From the NCBI GenBank assembly GCA_045537965.1, contig JAZSQL010000003.1:3056-67055 (forward strand): 64,000 nt of DNA, read 5' to 3'. Origin of the DNA: Alphaproteobacteria bacterium (GTDB lineage: Bacteria > Pseudomonadota > Alphaproteobacteria > RF32 > CAG-239). The notes under the pieces were generated by a model. That model was not told the origin of the DNA. It worked only from the letters and a program-made list of their open reading frames with translations, and ran no database searches. Of the stretch, positions 29,315 to 40,556 are shown piece by piece (positions within the stretch are counted from its first letter, which is position 1; the number at the start of each line of letters is the position of its first letter). A program made the translations under genes and the position numbers.

Positions 29315-31198
29315 ATGATAAGCAAAATAAGAAAATATCAAGATTCTTGGTTGACCAAAGCCATTCTAGCCCTAACAGCCTTAAGTTTTATGTCTCTGTT
29401 TGGAATTACTGGCTATGTAAATTCTGCAAATAAAAATCGTGCAGTTATCAAGGTTGACAACATTGAAATACTTCAAGATGAAATGAATGCCAAACTTCAA
29501 AACAATATCCGCAAAGCTCAAAATATGTTTGGCAATACTATAGAAATTGACGAAGATACTCGCAAAAATATCTTATCAAGCATCGTCAAAGAAGATTTAA
29601 CCAATATGATAATTGCCCGCGAAGCCCAAAAAGAAAATGTAAGCATTTCAGATGAATTAATTCAAAAAATAATCGCATCTCAACCAGAATTTATGGATGC
29701 TTCAGGTCGTTTTAATCCTGAACTTTTACGCCGTCAATTATCTTATTTTGATATGAGTGAGCAAGAATACATCTCAGATCTCAAACAAAACATTTTAAAA
29801 TCTCACTTAGTAACATCGCCCGTTGCTAAAATTACATTTCCTCAATTTATGAATCCTTATATTGCAAAAATAGAAAATCAACAAAAAATTTTCAACTATA
29901 TTGTCATTGACCCTGCCAAACTCAAAGTTGATCGAAATATATCAGATGAAGAAATCGAACAATACTATCAAGATTTTGCACCACAATTTGAAGAACCAGA
30001 AAACCGCACTATAGAATTTATTGAGTTTAAAACCAATGAATTAGCTAAAAACATTACTCCATCAGATGAAGAGATAAAGACTTATTATGACAGTAATTTA
30101 AGCGAATATATTGTTCCTGAAAAACGTCAGGTTTTGCAAATGGTAGTAGACAACAAAGAAACTGCTGAAAAAGCTGTGTCACTTCTAAACAAAGGAGAAG
30201 ATTTTTATCAAGTTGCTAACAATATTGCTAACCAAGACAAAGAAACAACTCGTCTTGGTGAAGTAACTCCAGATTCTCTTTTACCAGAGCTAAGCGAAGA
30301 TGTTTTTGATGCCAAATTAAATCAAGTTGTTGGACCTCTAAAATCTGAATTTGGTTGGCATATTCTTAAAGTAATCAATATAACCGCAAAAAAAGAGACA
30401 CCTCTAGCCAAAGTAAAAACAGATATAATAAACACAATCAGACAAGAACATGCTTATGATGAGGCTCTCAAAACCATGAATAATGTTGAAGACAAGATTG
30501 GTAGTGGAGCCAACTTAGAAGCCATCGCTGAAGAATACAGGTTAAAAATATTCAAAGTAACCAACTTGAAAGAAGATGGTTCTTATGTTTCTTTAAGTAA
30601 CAAAAAATATGCTGATTTAATAACTTTAAACGACTTTATCGAAGCTGCTTTTTCTTATAATCAAGGTGAAATAAGCCAGGTTATCGAAACAGAAGATGGT
30701 TTTGTCCTTACATCTGTAAGCAATATCAATGAAGCTCACATCAAAGAGCTTGATTTGGTTAAATCTGAAATCATCAAAATTTGGACAGAAAATGAAAAGT
30801 CAGCCATTGCACAGGAGATAGTCAACGATGTAATTGCTGATCTAGACAATGGTGAAAACTTAGCTGATATAGCTAATCGCTTCAACCTTAAGTTAATCAC
30901 AACAACACCTCTAAAACGTGGTGAAGCATTTGCTAATCTAAATTCGTTGCAATTAATCGAAGCATATCAAACTCCAATTAACGAGTACCGTTTGCTTTCA
31001 TCTAACGGAACAACTACAATTATCACCCCTATAAAAGTAATTAATAAAACTATCTCTAACAATAAAAAACAACTAGAAAATATAAATGCTAATATGCAGC
31101 AAACTCTTGAGCAAGACTTATCTGCAGAACTAATAAATAACTATTCTAAAGATATGGATGTCAGGATAAAATATCGTCTCATGGGATTAGAAGATTAA
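29315..31198 (+). CDS. PpiD-like periplasmic chaperone / parvulin-type PPIase domain protein
   Basis: N-terminal membrane anchor, SurA-N-like region and a parvulin block (SEFGWHILKV). Confidence 0.7.
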   Translation: MISKIRKYQDSWLTKAILALTALSFMSLFGITGYVNSANKNRAVIKVDNIEILQDEMNAKLQNNIRKAQNMFGNTIEIDEDTRKNILSSIVKEDLTNMIIAREAQKENVSISDELIQKIIASQPEFMDASGRFNPELLRRQLSYFDMSEQEYISDLKQNILKSHLVTSPVAKITFPQFMNPYIAKIENQQKIFNYIVIDPAKLKVDRNISDEEIEQYYQDFAPQFEEPENRTIEFIEFKTNELAKNITPSDEEIKTYYDSNLSEYIVPEKRQVLQMVVDNKETAEKAVSLLNKGEDFYQVANNIANQDKETTRLGEVTPDSLLPELSEDVFDAKLNQVVGPLKSEFGWHILKVINITAKKETPLAKVKTDIINTIRQEHAYDEALKTMNNVEDKIGSGANLEAIAEEYRLKIFKVTNLKEDGSYVSLSNKKYADLITLNDFIEAAFSYNQGEISQVIETEDGFVLTSVSNINEAHIKELDLVKSEIIKIWTENEKSAIAQEIVNDVIADLDNGENLADIANRFNLKLITTTPLKRGEAFANLNSLQLIEAYQTPINEYRLLSSNGTTTIITPIKVINKTISNNKKQLENINANMQQTLEQDLSAELINNYSKDMDVRIKYRLMGLED

Positions 31199-31304
31199 TT
31201 ATAATATTTTAATTCTACAAAAAATATTTGATTTTAATAATTAAATATATTATCATTTGCCCACTATTTGAAATTATGATGTCTAACTATTAAATTTATG
31301 TATT

Positions 31305-31607
31305 ATGAAAAAAGAAATTTTATGCGGAAAAATTGCTTCTCAACCATCTGCTGTAACACTTAATGGTGTACATATAGGGCTTATGGTATTTGTTTTAGTT
31401 GAGGTTGATGGAAAATATTATAAACTCTATTATAAAGATACCATTCCAAGCAATACGTTTTCTAACATCCTTGTTTCATCTGTTGGAGACGATGTGGAGG
31501 TTGTAGCACTGTCATCATATTATCACGGGGCAAGGGAGATAAGTGAGTTTTTCAATTGTACCCGTGGTTTAGGAAAACATTGCGATAAACATACCTTTAG
31601 TAAATAA
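31305..31607 (+). CDS. Hypothetical protein (100 aa)
   Basis: ORF only. No SD and no recognisable family. Lies in an AT-rich spacer between ppiD-like and the Ca2+/Na+ antiporter gene. Confidence 0.3.
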   Translation: MKKEILCGKIASQPSAVTLNGVHIGLMVFVLVEVDGKYYKLYYKDTIPSNTFSNILVSSVGDDVEVVALSSYYHGAREISEFFNCTRGLGKHCDKHTFSK

Positions 31608-31628
31608 CCATTAAAAACTTTATAAATT

Positions 31629-32111
31629 ATGGAAAATTTATTTCATCAAATTGTAAATAATATTAATTCACTATTTATAATTGCTCTTTGCTCATTAGCT
31701 TACTTTGTGATTACTTATCACATATGGAAATTGTCAGCAAACAGAAGGAATTTACAGGAGCAAACATCAAAAGCCGTGGATCTTTTTAAAGAGAGATATG
31801 ACAAAACTCCAAGTGAGGCAGGTTTTCCTGTAATTGGTATTTATGAGAGACAAAGTGCATACCTTTATGCTACATCTGAAAAGGTGATTAATGCTTATAA
31901 AACCCAAGAAAATATAATTCGTTGGATGATAATGTGGTATTTGTGGCCATTTCCTTTTATGAAATACACAAGTTTCACACATCCATCGTTTATTGCTTGG
32001 TATTTCTTTACAGCTTTATGGAGCATATTAGGCTTTGTGTTATGTGCAAAAGCACTAATAGCATCACGTATTGTAAAATTTAATGAAAATGTTACCTATT
32101 TAAATTATTAA
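31629..32111 (+). CDS. Hypothetical membrane protein (160 aa, about 3 TM segments)
   Basis: Hydrophobic helices (LFIIALCSLAYFVITYHIW, WMIMWYLWPFPF, FIAWYFFTALWSILGFVLCAKALIA). Followed by a strong terminator. Confidence 0.4.
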   Translation: MENLFHQIVNNINSLFIIALCSLAYFVITYHIWKLSANRRNLQEQTSKAVDLFKERYDKTPSEAGFPVIGIYERQSAYLYATSEKVINAYKTQENIIRWMIMWYLWPFPFMKYTSFTHPSFIAWYFFTALWSILGFVLCAKALIASRIVKFNENVTYLNY

Positions 32112-32132
32112 GTTTAACAGTTTAATTTAATT

Positions 32133-32170
32133 AAAACCCCTCACAATTTTTAATAATGTGAGGGGTTTTT
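32133..32170. terminator. Bidirectional rho-independent terminator
   Basis: CCCCTCACA (32137-32145) pairs with TGTGAGGGG (32157-32165), flanked by AAAA and TTTTT. Confidence 0.8.
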
Positions 32171-32171
32171 A

Positions 32172-33128
32172 CTAAAAACTCCAAACTCCATTTGCAATCA
32201 AGATCTGTGACAATAAATATGCCATATAAATCAGTAAAAATACTCCCCCTTCTATTCTGCTAATCTTATTCTGACTAAGCATTATCGGGAATAACAACAT
32301 TGTTGCCAAAACCATAACCCAAATATCATATAATAAAAATTGTCTAGGAACTTCAACATCTATAATCGTAGATGTAAGTCCCATAATAAATACAATATTC
32401 CAAATATTTGAACCAACAATATTGCCCAACGCAACCCCATTTTGTTTACGTAAAGCAGCTACTACTGTTGTAGCCAATTCTGGCAAAGATGTTCCAACTG
32501 CAACAATTGTTAGACCTATAATTTCCTCCGAAACTCCCAAAATCCTAGCAATATCTACAGCTCCTTTTACTAACAAATCTGCCCCATACATAATTGCAAT
32601 CAATCCCGCTATTGTAATCAACACAACAACCCACCAACTTTTACTAGCTAAAATACTAACTGTATCTTCCGAAGCATCACTATCTTTAGAATTTCGATAA
32701 TTAAAATATATAAAAGCAAATAACAAAGCCAACAAAACTAATCCTTGCCAACAAACAAACTTTCCTGTAATAGCAAAACATACAAACAAAACATTAACCA
32801 ATAACAAAAACTTATAATCACGTAAAAATTCTTTTCTGTTACAAACAACAGGATAAATTACTGACGTAACTCCCAAAATAAACAAAATATTAGCAATATT
32901 CGAACCAACAATATTACCGATTGAAATTCCACCAGCCCCATTTAACGCCGCTTTAATACTAACCACAAATTCAGGAGTAGATGTACCAAAAGCAACAATT
33001 GTTAGTCCTACAATAATCGCTGGTATTTTTAACTTATTAGCTATCGCAACAGCCCCCTTAACTAAATATTCAGCTCCACCAATAAGCAAAACAAAACCTA
33101 CTAAAATAAAACATAATGCTGAAATCAT
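32172..33128 (-). CDS. CaCA-family Ca2+/Na+ antiporter (YrbG-like)
   Basis: Two alpha-repeats, GTSTPE and GTSLPE, each followed by GNIVGSNI. About 10 TM segments. Confidence 0.85.
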   Translation of the reverse strand: MISALCFILVGFVLLIGGAEYLVKGAVAIANKLKIPAIIVGLTIVAFGTSTPEFVVSIKAALNGAGGISIGNIVGSNIANILFILGVTSVIYPVVCNRKEFLRDYKFLLLVNVLFVCFAITGKFVCWQGLVLLALLFAFIYFNYRNSKDSDASEDTVSILASKSWWVVVLITIAGLIAIMYGADLLVKGAVDIARILGVSEEIIGLTIVAVGTSLPELATTVVAALRKQNGVALGNIVGSNIWNIVFIMGLTSTIIDVEVPRQFLLYDIWVMVLATMLLFPIMLSQNKISRIEGGVFLLIYMAYLLSQILIANGVWSF

Positions 33129-33180
33129 CTTTTTATCCTTATCAAATTAAGGGGCTCTTTATTATAAAGCCCCTTTACTA

Positions 33181-34944
33181 TTACTCAGCCAAATCTAACT
33201 TAATATGCAATTCTTTTAATTGTTTTTCCGTTGGACTATTTGGTGCCTGCATCATCAAATCCTGAGCCTTTCCATTAAGCGGAAACAAAATTACATCTCG
33301 AATAATCGGTTCATCTAACAAAAGCATAACCAACCTATCCATACCAAAAGCAGAACCAGCGTGTGGAGGTGCACCAAATTTAAATGCACTTAACATACCA
33401 CCAAATTTATTTTCAACCACCTCTTTACCATATCCAGCCAATTCAAAAGCCTTATACATAATTTCAGGGCTATGGTTTCTAACCCCTCCCGATAACAATT
33501 CAACACCATTACATACAAAGTCATATTGATATGCCAAAATATCCAATGGATTTTTGGTCGTCAAAGCCTCCATACCTCCTTGAGGCATTGAAAATGGATT
33601 ATGTGAAAATTCAACTTCACCTGTTTCCTCATTTTCTTCATAGAATGGAAAGTCAACAATCCAACACATTTTAAAAGAATTATTATCAATCAAGCCTAAT
33701 TCTTCACCAACTTTGTTACGCAAACGACCACTAAATTTATCAAACTTAACACCCTTACCCACCATAAAGATAATTGCATCACCATCTTTAACACCATAGA
33801 TTGATTTTAACTCATTAAGCTTTGCTTCATTCAATAATTTAGCAATACCTTTTGCACCACCGCTAGCAAAAGCTACATAAGCAATACCGCCCATACCTTC
33901 TTCTTTAGCAAAAGCATCTAATTTATCAAAGAACGAACGTGGTTTTTCAGCTATTGCCTCAACTACCATACCCTTAACGATTTTACCTTCTTTTACCAAA
34001 TTATCATAAACACCGAAACCGCTCTCACCAAAGAAAGACGTAGCATCTTGCAATACTAAAGGATTACGCAAATCAGGTTTATCAGAACCGTATTTAGCCA
34101 TAGCTTCTCTAAACGGAATATGAATAAATGGAGCTTGATCAACTACTTTACCATTAGCAAATTCATTAAAAATTGTACCCAAGGTGTGTTCAATAACCCC
34201 AAACACATCATCTTGTGTCGCAAAACTCATTTCCATATCCATCTGATAAAACTCACCAGGGCTTCTATCAGCCCTTGGATCTTCATCTCTAAAACATGGT
34301 GCAATTTGAAAATATTTATCAAAACCTGAGACCATCAATAATTGCTTAAATTGTTGTGGTGCTTGAGGAAGAGCATAAAACTTGCCAGGGTTCAAACGAG
34401 ATGGAACCAAAAAATCGCGTGCTCCTTCTGGTGAAGATGCTGTCAAAATAGGAGTCTGATACTCATTAAAACCTTGTTCTCTCATCAACTCTCGAGTACG
34501 CTGAATAACTGCTGAACGTAACAAAATATTGTTATGAATACGCTCTTTTCTTAAGTCTAAAAAACGGTACTTCAATCGCAATTCTTCAGGTGCATCATCT
34601 TCAACAGCAATCTGAAAAGGCAAAACATCTGCTGCTGAATGTAACACCAAATCCGTAACCTTAATTTCAATATCCCCTGTTGGCATATTTTTATTAATAC
34701 TTTCACGTAATATAACTTCGCCATCGATTCCTATAACCGATTCGGGTCTAATTTCTTCAATCTTTGCAAACAAATCTGAACTACTATCAAATACACATTG
34801 GGTAATACCATAATGATCTCGCAAATCAACAAAACACAAATTTCCCAAATTACGTTTACGTTGTATCCAACCAGCCAATTTAATCTTTTGACCAATATGT
34901 TCTTTTCTTAATTCTCCACAAGTATGCGTACGATAAATATTCAT
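33181..34944 (-). CDS. aspS: Aspartate--tRNA ligase
   Basis: OB-fold N-terminus and class II motifs ([32 protein letters not shown]). Confidence 0.95.
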   Translation of the reverse strand: MNIYRTHTCGELRKEHIGQKIKLAGWIQRKRNLGNLCFVDLRDHYGITQCVFDSSSDLFAKIEEIRPESVIGIDGEVILRESINKNMPTGDIEIKVTDLVLHSAADVLPFQIAVEDDAPEELRLKYRFLDLRKERIHNNILLRSAVIQRTRELMREQGFNEYQTPILTASSPEGARDFLVPSRLNPGKFYALPQAPQQFKQLLMVSGFDKYFQIAPCFRDEDPRADRSPGEFYQMDMEMSFATQDDVFGVIEHTLGTIFNEFANGKVVDQAPFIHIPFREAMAKYGSDKPDLRNPLVLQDATSFFGESGFGVYDNLVKEGKIVKGMVVEAIAEKPRSFFDKLDAFAKEEGMGGIAYVAFASGGAKGIAKLLNEAKLNELKSIYGVKDGDAIIFMVGKGVKFDKFSGRLRNKVGEELGLIDNNSFKMCWIVDFPFYEENEETGEVEFSHNPFSMPQGGMEALTTKNPLDILAYQYDFVCNGVELLSGGVRNHSPEIMYKAFELAGYGKEVVENKFGGMLSAFKFGAPPHAGSAFGMDRLVMLLLDEPIIRDVILFPLNGKAQDLMMQAPNSPTEKQLKELHIKLDLAE

Positions 34945-35161
34945 TATTTACATAACCTTTTCTATAAAATTCATTTTAGATTTAAATCTTTTACCCTTCA
35001 AAAAGGCAAAAATCAAGCATCTTTACATAATTAGCAACCATAAAAAACAAATTTATATAATAAAATCGATAACAACTGCATAAGCATTTTTTTATTGCAA
35101 TTCAAAATAAATGCTATATGAATGCTACATAATTTCACACATCTAAAACGAAAAAAGTAAA

Positions 35162-36322
35162 ATGCAATTAATTGAAAATACCGAAAATTTATCGCTATTG
35201 TGCCAAAGATTATCAAAAGAAGAATTTGTTTGCGTTGATTTAGAATTTTTACGTCAACATACCTACTTTGCTGAACTTTGCCTTATCCAAATAGCATCAC
35301 CAAACGAAGCTGCAATTATTGACCCTCTTGCTAAAGATATTAACTTACAAGCATTTTTTGATTTAATGCAAAATCCTAACATTGTTAAAGTATTTCACTC
35401 TGGACGACAAGATATTGAAATATTATACAATCTTACATCAAAGATACCAATCCCTATCTTTGACACCCAAATAGCAGCCTCTGTTGCTGGATTTGGTGAA
35501 AGTGTAAGTTACGAAACCTTAGTCAACCATATTCTCAACATATCTATCGATAAATCATCTCGATTATCTGATTGGAGCAAAAGACCTTTATCTGAAAATC
35601 AACTCTCTTATGCTCTGTCAGATGTTACTCATTTAGTATTGATATACCAACACCTAAAATCTTGGCTAGAAGAGCAAAATCGTATTGATTGGATAAAGGA
35701 TGATATAGCAAACATCTGCAACGAAAACTTATACAAAATTAATGTATACGATGCTTGGCAAAAAATGCGTCACCGTTCTCATAGCCCTCGTTTTTTAACA
35801 CTATTAAGAGAACTTGCAGCTTGGCGTGAAACTCGAGCTATTAATAAAAATGTTCCTCGCCACTCATTCATAAAAGATGAATTGTTGCTCAATATATGTG
35901 CTGATTGCCCCCAAAACAAAGAAGAACTTGCTACTGTTCGAGGCATGCGTGCCGATATGGCATCAGGCATAATAGGCGATGAAATAATTGATGTTATTCA
36001 AAAGTTTAAACTTTTAGATAAAGATGATTACGTAATTCCGCCTAAAATAAAAGATTTTTCAGGGGTTGACGGGCCGTTGCTTGAACTGTTAAAATTACTT
36101 CTACGTATTAAAGCACAAGAATATAAAATCGTTCCTCGTATGCTTGCAAATGACGATGATCTAAAAATCTTTTGCCATCATCATGATAAAGATTTTTCAA
36201 ACAAACAAGAATGGCAAAAGAATATTTTTTGGAAAGATGCTTTAAAAATTAAAAACGGTCAAATTGCAATATCATATGATCAAAAAACAAACAGCATAAA
36301 ATTCATTTCCATATCAAAATAA
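35162..36322 (+). CDS. rnd: Ribonuclease D
   Basis: DEDD exonuclease motifs (VDLEF, HSGRQDIE, YALSDV) followed by an HRDC-like region. Confidence 0.9.
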   Translation: MQLIENTENLSLLCQRLSKEEFVCVDLEFLRQHTYFAELCLIQIASPNEAAIIDPLAKDINLQAFFDLMQNPNIVKVFHSGRQDIEILYNLTSKIPIPIFDTQIAASVAGFGESVSYETLVNHILNISIDKSSRLSDWSKRPLSENQLSYALSDVTHLVLIYQHLKSWLEEQNRIDWIKDDIANICNENLYKINVYDAWQKMRHRSHSPRFLTLLRELAAWRETRAINKNVPRHSFIKDELLLNICADCPQNKEELATVRGMRADMASGIIGDEIIDVIQKFKLLDKDDYVIPPKIKDFSGVDGPLLELLKLLLRIKAQEYKIVPRMLANDDDLKIFCHHHDKDFSNKQEWQKNIFWKDALKIKNGQIAISYDQKTNSIKFISISK

Positions 36323-36595
36323 ATCATCTAACAATTTTAATACGCTTTTTGTTTTCTCATCTTTTAACTGATAAAAAATTGTCTGTGCTTTTCTACGAGT
36401 TTTAACAATATTATCTGCACGCAAAATAGCCAAATGCTGAGACAAGGCAGATTGGCTTAAATTTACTAATTTTTCTATTTCTCCTACACTAAGCTCCTTA
36501 TCTTTAATATTGTACAAAATTTTAAGCCTTTTCTCATTGGCAACAGCTTTTAAAACTTTTGTAGCTTTTATCATATCTTGATTATTCATTAGCAA
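36314..36595 (-). CDS. ArsR/SmtB-family transcriptional regulator
   Basis: Winged HTH ELSVGEIEKLVNLSQSALSQHLAILR. 93 aa. Confidence 0.8.
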   Translation of the reverse strand: MLMNNQDMIKATKVLKAVANEKRLKILYNIKDKELSVGEIEKLVNLSQSALSQHLAILRADNIVKTRRKAQTIFYQLKDEKTKSVLKLLDDLF

Positions 36596-36729
36596 TATCC
36601 CTTATCTAAAATTTCTATATTCCTAATTTAGTAATAAATTTGCCTTTTGACATCTATACTTAGGTATTGCTAAACCCATTTAAATGTTTTAATATCCTAA
36701 ATACCATTTGTTATATGAAGGAATATATT

Positions 36730-36975
36730 ATGGAATACAATGAAATTAAAGATCTCAGCTTTGAAGAAGCTATAACCCAACTAGAAACAATCGTACGCGA
36801 ACTTGAAAGTGGACGAACCAAACTTGATGATGCTGTTACCGCATACGAAAAAGCTGTTGCCTTAAAAAAATTTTGTGAAACAAAACTAAAAGATGCCCAA
36901 TTAAAAATTGAAAAAATAGAAATATCCCCTTCAGATGAAGTAAAAATTTCAGAATTTACCGTACCAGAGGATTAA
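36730..36975 (+). CDS. xseB: Exodeoxyribonuclease VII small subunit
   Basis: SFEEAITQLETIVRELESG signature. Start set to the ATG after AAGGAA; the track ORF starts at 36667. Confidence 0.85.
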   Translation: MEYNEIKDLSFEEAITQLETIVRELESGRTKLDDAVTAYEKAVALKKFCETKLKDAQLKIEKIEISPSDEVKISEFTVPED

Positions 36976-36981
36976 TACGCA

Positions 36982-37875
36982 ATGTCTAGTTTTGAACAAA
37001 CTCTCAAGGAATTTAGCAACCAATTTAATTCCTTTTTGCCATCGTTATTCAACCACCCTAAAGGAAGTGAACGCCAAGTAACTGAAGCTATGTTTTATTC
37101 TCTGAGCAATGGTGGAAAAAGATTGCGTCCATTTCTTGTTTGTGAAACTGCAAAACTCTTTGACATTACCGAAGATACATCTTTTCATGTTGCTGCATCC
37201 CTTGAAATGCTACATACTTATTCTCTAATACACGATGATCTACCAGCTATGGACAATGATGATTTTCGCAGAGGAAAACCAACATGTCACAAAAAGTTTG
37301 ATGAAGCAACTGCAATATTAGCTGGTGACGGTCTTCTAACCTATGCTTTTGAGATTCTATCCCAAGCTCCACAAATTTCAAATGATACCAAACTAAAATT
37401 AATAAGTCTTCTTGCTCAGAGGGCTGGTGCTTTCAATGGTATGATAGCAGGACAAATGCTAGATATCCAAACAGAAAAAACACCTGAACTCTCAAATGAA
37501 GAAATTATAAAACATATTGAAGAAATGAAAACAGGATGCCTTATAGCTTATGCTTGTCAAGCTGGAGCAATTTTAGGTAATGCTTCAGAAGATGAATATA
37601 AAACCATAATAACCTATGCTCGAAATGTTGGTATAGCATTTCAAATTTCTGACGATATTCTAGATGTAATTGGCGATTCTACACTAATGGGAAAAACTTT
37701 GGGTAAAGATGCCAAACAAGGAAAACTAACCTTTGTTTCTTTATACGGTTTTGAAAAGGCGCGTAAAATAGCTAAAGAACTAATAACTGAAGCTCAAAAA
37801 GCTATATCTGTTTTTGGAGATAAAGCTAACACTCTATATGAACTAGCCGATTTTATAATAAGTCGCAACCATTAA
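36982..37875 (+). CDS. ispA: Farnesyl/geranyl diphosphate synthase (polyprenyl synthetase)
   Basis: LIHDDLPAMDNDDFRRG (first DDxxD) and FQISDDILD (second). Classic xseB-ispA pairing. Confidence 0.9.
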   Translation: MSSFEQTLKEFSNQFNSFLPSLFNHPKGSERQVTEAMFYSLSNGGKRLRPFLVCETAKLFDITEDTSFHVAASLEMLHTYSLIHDDLPAMDNDDFRRGKPTCHKKFDEATAILAGDGLLTYAFEILSQAPQISNDTKLKLISLLAQRAGAFNGMIAGQMLDIQTEKTPELSNEEIIKHIEEMKTGCLIAYACQAGAILGNASEDEYKTIITYARNVGIAFQISDDILDVIGDSTLMGKTLGKDAKQGKLTFVSLYGFEKARKIAKELITEAQKAISVFGDKANTLYELADFIISRNH

Positions 37876-38807
37876 TCTTTATCAATAAAAGTTAAGTAAA
37901 CATATTTTGCTGTTGGTGCTGGGTTTTCTATTACTAAATCTAGAGGAACTCTCGCATTAGGTGTTACAACATTTTGTTTAGAAGCCCTATTACTACTCTG
38001 CAATAAAGAAGTATTTTTATCTAAAATCTCAACATGGATTGTTGGAATATCAATATCTTTGTCTGTAACATTATTAATAAATCCCTTAATCTCTAATCTT
38101 GTATTTTCTTTATCTATAACAAAATTCCAACTAACATTCTGAAATTCTAATCCCTCTCCTGGAATTTTTGCCTTAATTCCTAACATTCTATAAAAGCCAT
38201 TAAAAAATGGTAATTCTCTAACAATTTGATATCTATTATTATACATAGATAACAATACAAAAACAGCCAAAGCAATAAAAATATAATTCCATTTAATTTT
38301 AAAATGAAAACCTAATATATTTTTTACTTGCAGCCACGCTTTTTCATAAAAAGGAAGTTTTTTCTCTCTATCTATCAAACCAGCTGTATGCTCTGATAAT
38401 CTTTCAAAAATATTTTCAAGATCAACTTCTGTATCTTCCGAATTTTCTTCCTCCAAATTTCCATCAACATTATCAGAAATATCTGCTTCAATAACGTCCT
38501 TTTCTTTTTTTTGTTCATCTACAGCAACAGCAATTTTTTCTTCTATTACTTCAACTTGCTCATTTTTAGTATCTTGTTCAACTATATCTTCTACAATTTC
38601 AACAGTTTCTTCCTCACGCATCACTGCAGACAAAGCTTCAAAAGGATTCTCTTCATTTACTACTAAATTGTCCACAAGTCTTGTCTTGAGGCTTCCTGCC
38701 TCAAAAACCATAGCACAACTACTACATTTAACTCGACGACTCTTATCTTTAATAAGCTCTTCATCAATGTCATAACCAGTATTACAATTAGGACAATATA
38801 TTTGCAT
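37872..38807 (-). CDS. MJ0042-type zinc-ribbon membrane protein (DUF3426-like C-terminus)
   Basis: N-terminal CPNCNTGY...CSSC zinc ribbon, acidic linker, one TM segment. Such proteins sit upstream of ftsE in alphaproteobacteria. Confidence 0.65.
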   Translation of the reverse strand: MQIYCPNCNTGYDIDEELIKDKSRRVKCSSCAMVFEAGSLKTRLVDNLVVNEENPFEALSAVMREEETVEIVEDIVEQDTKNEQVEVIEEKIAVAVDEQKKEKDVIEADISDNVDGNLEEENSEDTEVDLENIFERLSEHTAGLIDREKKLPFYEKAWLQVKNILGFHFKIKWNYIFIALAVFVLLSMYNNRYQIVRELPFFNGFYRMLGIKAKIPGEGLEFQNVSWNFVIDKENTRLEIKGFINNVTDKDIDIPTIHVEILDKNTSLLQSSNRASKQNVVTPNARVPLDLVIENPAPTAKYVYLTFIDKD

Positions 38808-38929
38808 TTCCTCTAAAATCCTTTCTTTCTCAATATAAAATGAAAAAGATTTTAATCAAAGAAAAAAAATACTTTATTAAATGAATAATTACCTATATCC
38901 TGTTTAATAATATTAAAGGAGATTCTTTC

Positions 38930-39649
38930 GTGCTAAACAAAAGTATTGAAAACATTATTGAAATGAACGGAGTTGGCATGCGTTATGACCAAGGTCCCGA
39001 AATTTTAAGTGATATAAAGCTTGCTCTGCCTAAAGGATCTTTTCACTTTTTAACTGGACAAAGTGGTGCTGGAAAAACTTCTCTGCTAAGCCTTATGTAC
39101 CTAACTCAAAGACCTAGCCGTGGACAAATGAGTGTTTTTAATTATAACCTAAACTTTACCAATCGCGACCAACTAGCCTCTTTACGCCGCCGAATTGGCG
39201 TTGTTTTTCAAGATTTTCGTCTTATCGAACATCTATCAGCTTTTGATAATGTTGCCTTGCCCCTTCGTGTTAGTGGAATGGATGAACACGAAATAAGAAA
39301 AAGAGTAACAGAACTTTTGACTTGGGTTGAACTAGATAGACACATGCATGATAAAACATCAACTTTATCTGGAGGTGAAAAACAACGTATTGCAATTGCC
39401 CGTGCTGTAATCAATCGTCCAGATCTTTTGCTTGCTGATGAACCAACAGGAAATGTTGACAATATAATAGCTGGAAAATTAATGAAGCTATTTGTAGAAC
39501 TAAACAAATTAGGAACTACTGTTGTTATTGCTACTCACTCTGATAAAATAATTCATGACTTTGCTTATCCTCGTCTTCACTTACAAAATCGTGGATTACA
39601 CATCTACTATCCATCAGATACTTCTTTATTGCGAGGTATGAATGTCTAG
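38930..39649 (+). CDS. ftsE: Cell-division ABC ATPase FtsE
   Basis: Walker A GQSGAGKTS, signature LSGGEKQR, Walker B LLLADEPTG. GTG start 8 nt after AAGGAG. Confidence 0.9.
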   Translation: MLNKSIENIIEMNGVGMRYDQGPEILSDIKLALPKGSFHFLTGQSGAGKTSLLSLMYLTQRPSRGQMSVFNYNLNFTNRDQLASLRRRIGVVFQDFRLIEHLSAFDNVALPLRVSGMDEHEIRKRVTELLTWVELDRHMHDKTSTLSGGEKQRIAIARAVINRPDLLLADEPTGNVDNIIAGKLMKLFVELNKLGTTVVIATHSDKIIHDFAYPRLHLQNRGLHIYYPSDTSLLRGMNV

Positions 39650-40556
39650 CCCCAAACACATATCACGTAAACAAGAACTTCCTCTTAAAGGTGAAAATAC
39701 ATCACTGTTTTTACAAATAATTATCTCTATTGCTGTATTTATTTTTGCAATAACTCTTTCTGGTGTCTTATCTATCAATTCAATGATACGTAACTGGAAT
39801 AGAAGCATTTTAGGTTCCTTAACAGTACAAATTATGCCTATAAACAACGCAAATAAAGAAAAAGCCAAAGCAGAAACTTTAGCTTATGAGGAAAAGGCCG
39901 TAGAATTTCTAAAATCAGTTAATGGCGTTTTAAAAGTAACTCCTCTTTCTGACAGTCAATTAGATGAATTATTACGACCTTGGCTTGGTGACGAGGTAAA
40001 TATCACCGAACTTCCTACACCTCGCATTATTGATGTAAAAATATCACCCAATGCTAAAGTAGATTTTGCCCAACTAGCTCAAGATCTTGCAATAGCCTCT
40101 CCTCAAGCATCCCTTGATAACCATAAACTTTGGCTAAATAAATTAATTGCTTTTGCTGACGGAATCAATTTGATAGCTACCACTATTTTACTTTTAGTAT
40201 CAGCAATTACATCTGGAGCAATATTCTATACAACTCAAATGAGTCTTGGTCTTCATCGCAACATTATTGAAATACTTCATATTATTGGTGCTAAAGATAC
40301 ATACATAGCCCAACAATATGCTAAAAGAATGGCTTTTCTTGGTTTTATTGGTGGTATTATCGGTCTATTTTTTGCTATACCAGCTATATTTTTCTTAAGT
40401 AATCTTGCAACAGCTATTGAAGGTGGCATAATTAGCGACGCTAAATTAAGTTTTTTTGATTGGAGCATAATAATATCGCTTCCTTTTCTTTCAATGTTTA
40501 TCGCAATGATAACAGCTTATTATACTGTTAAAAACACTCTAAAAAAGATGCTCTAA
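39642..40556 (+). CDS. ftsX: Cell-division permease-like protein FtsX
   Basis: 8-nt overlap with ftsE. One N-terminal and three C-terminal TM helices with a periplasmic loop. Confidence 0.8.
   Translation: MSSPKHISRKQELPLKGENTSLFLQIIISIAVFIFAITLSGVLSINSMIRNWNRSILGSLTVQIMPINNANKEKAKAETLAYEEKAVEFLKSVNGVLKVTPLSDSQLDELLRPWLGDEVNITELPTPRIIDVKISPNAKVDFAQLAQDLAIASPQASLDNHKLWLNKLIAFADGINLIATTILLLVSAITSGAIFYTTQMSLGLHRNIIEILHIIGAKDTYIAQQYAKRMAFLGFIGGIIGLFFAIPAIFFLSNLATAIEGGIISDAKLSFFDWSIIISLPFLSMFIAMITAYYTVKNTLKKML

Noticed and set aside
35031-35216. 61-aa minus-strand ORF in the aspS-rnd intergenic region
   Set aside because: It overlaps the rnd start, and its AT-rich low-complexity translation is likely spurious.
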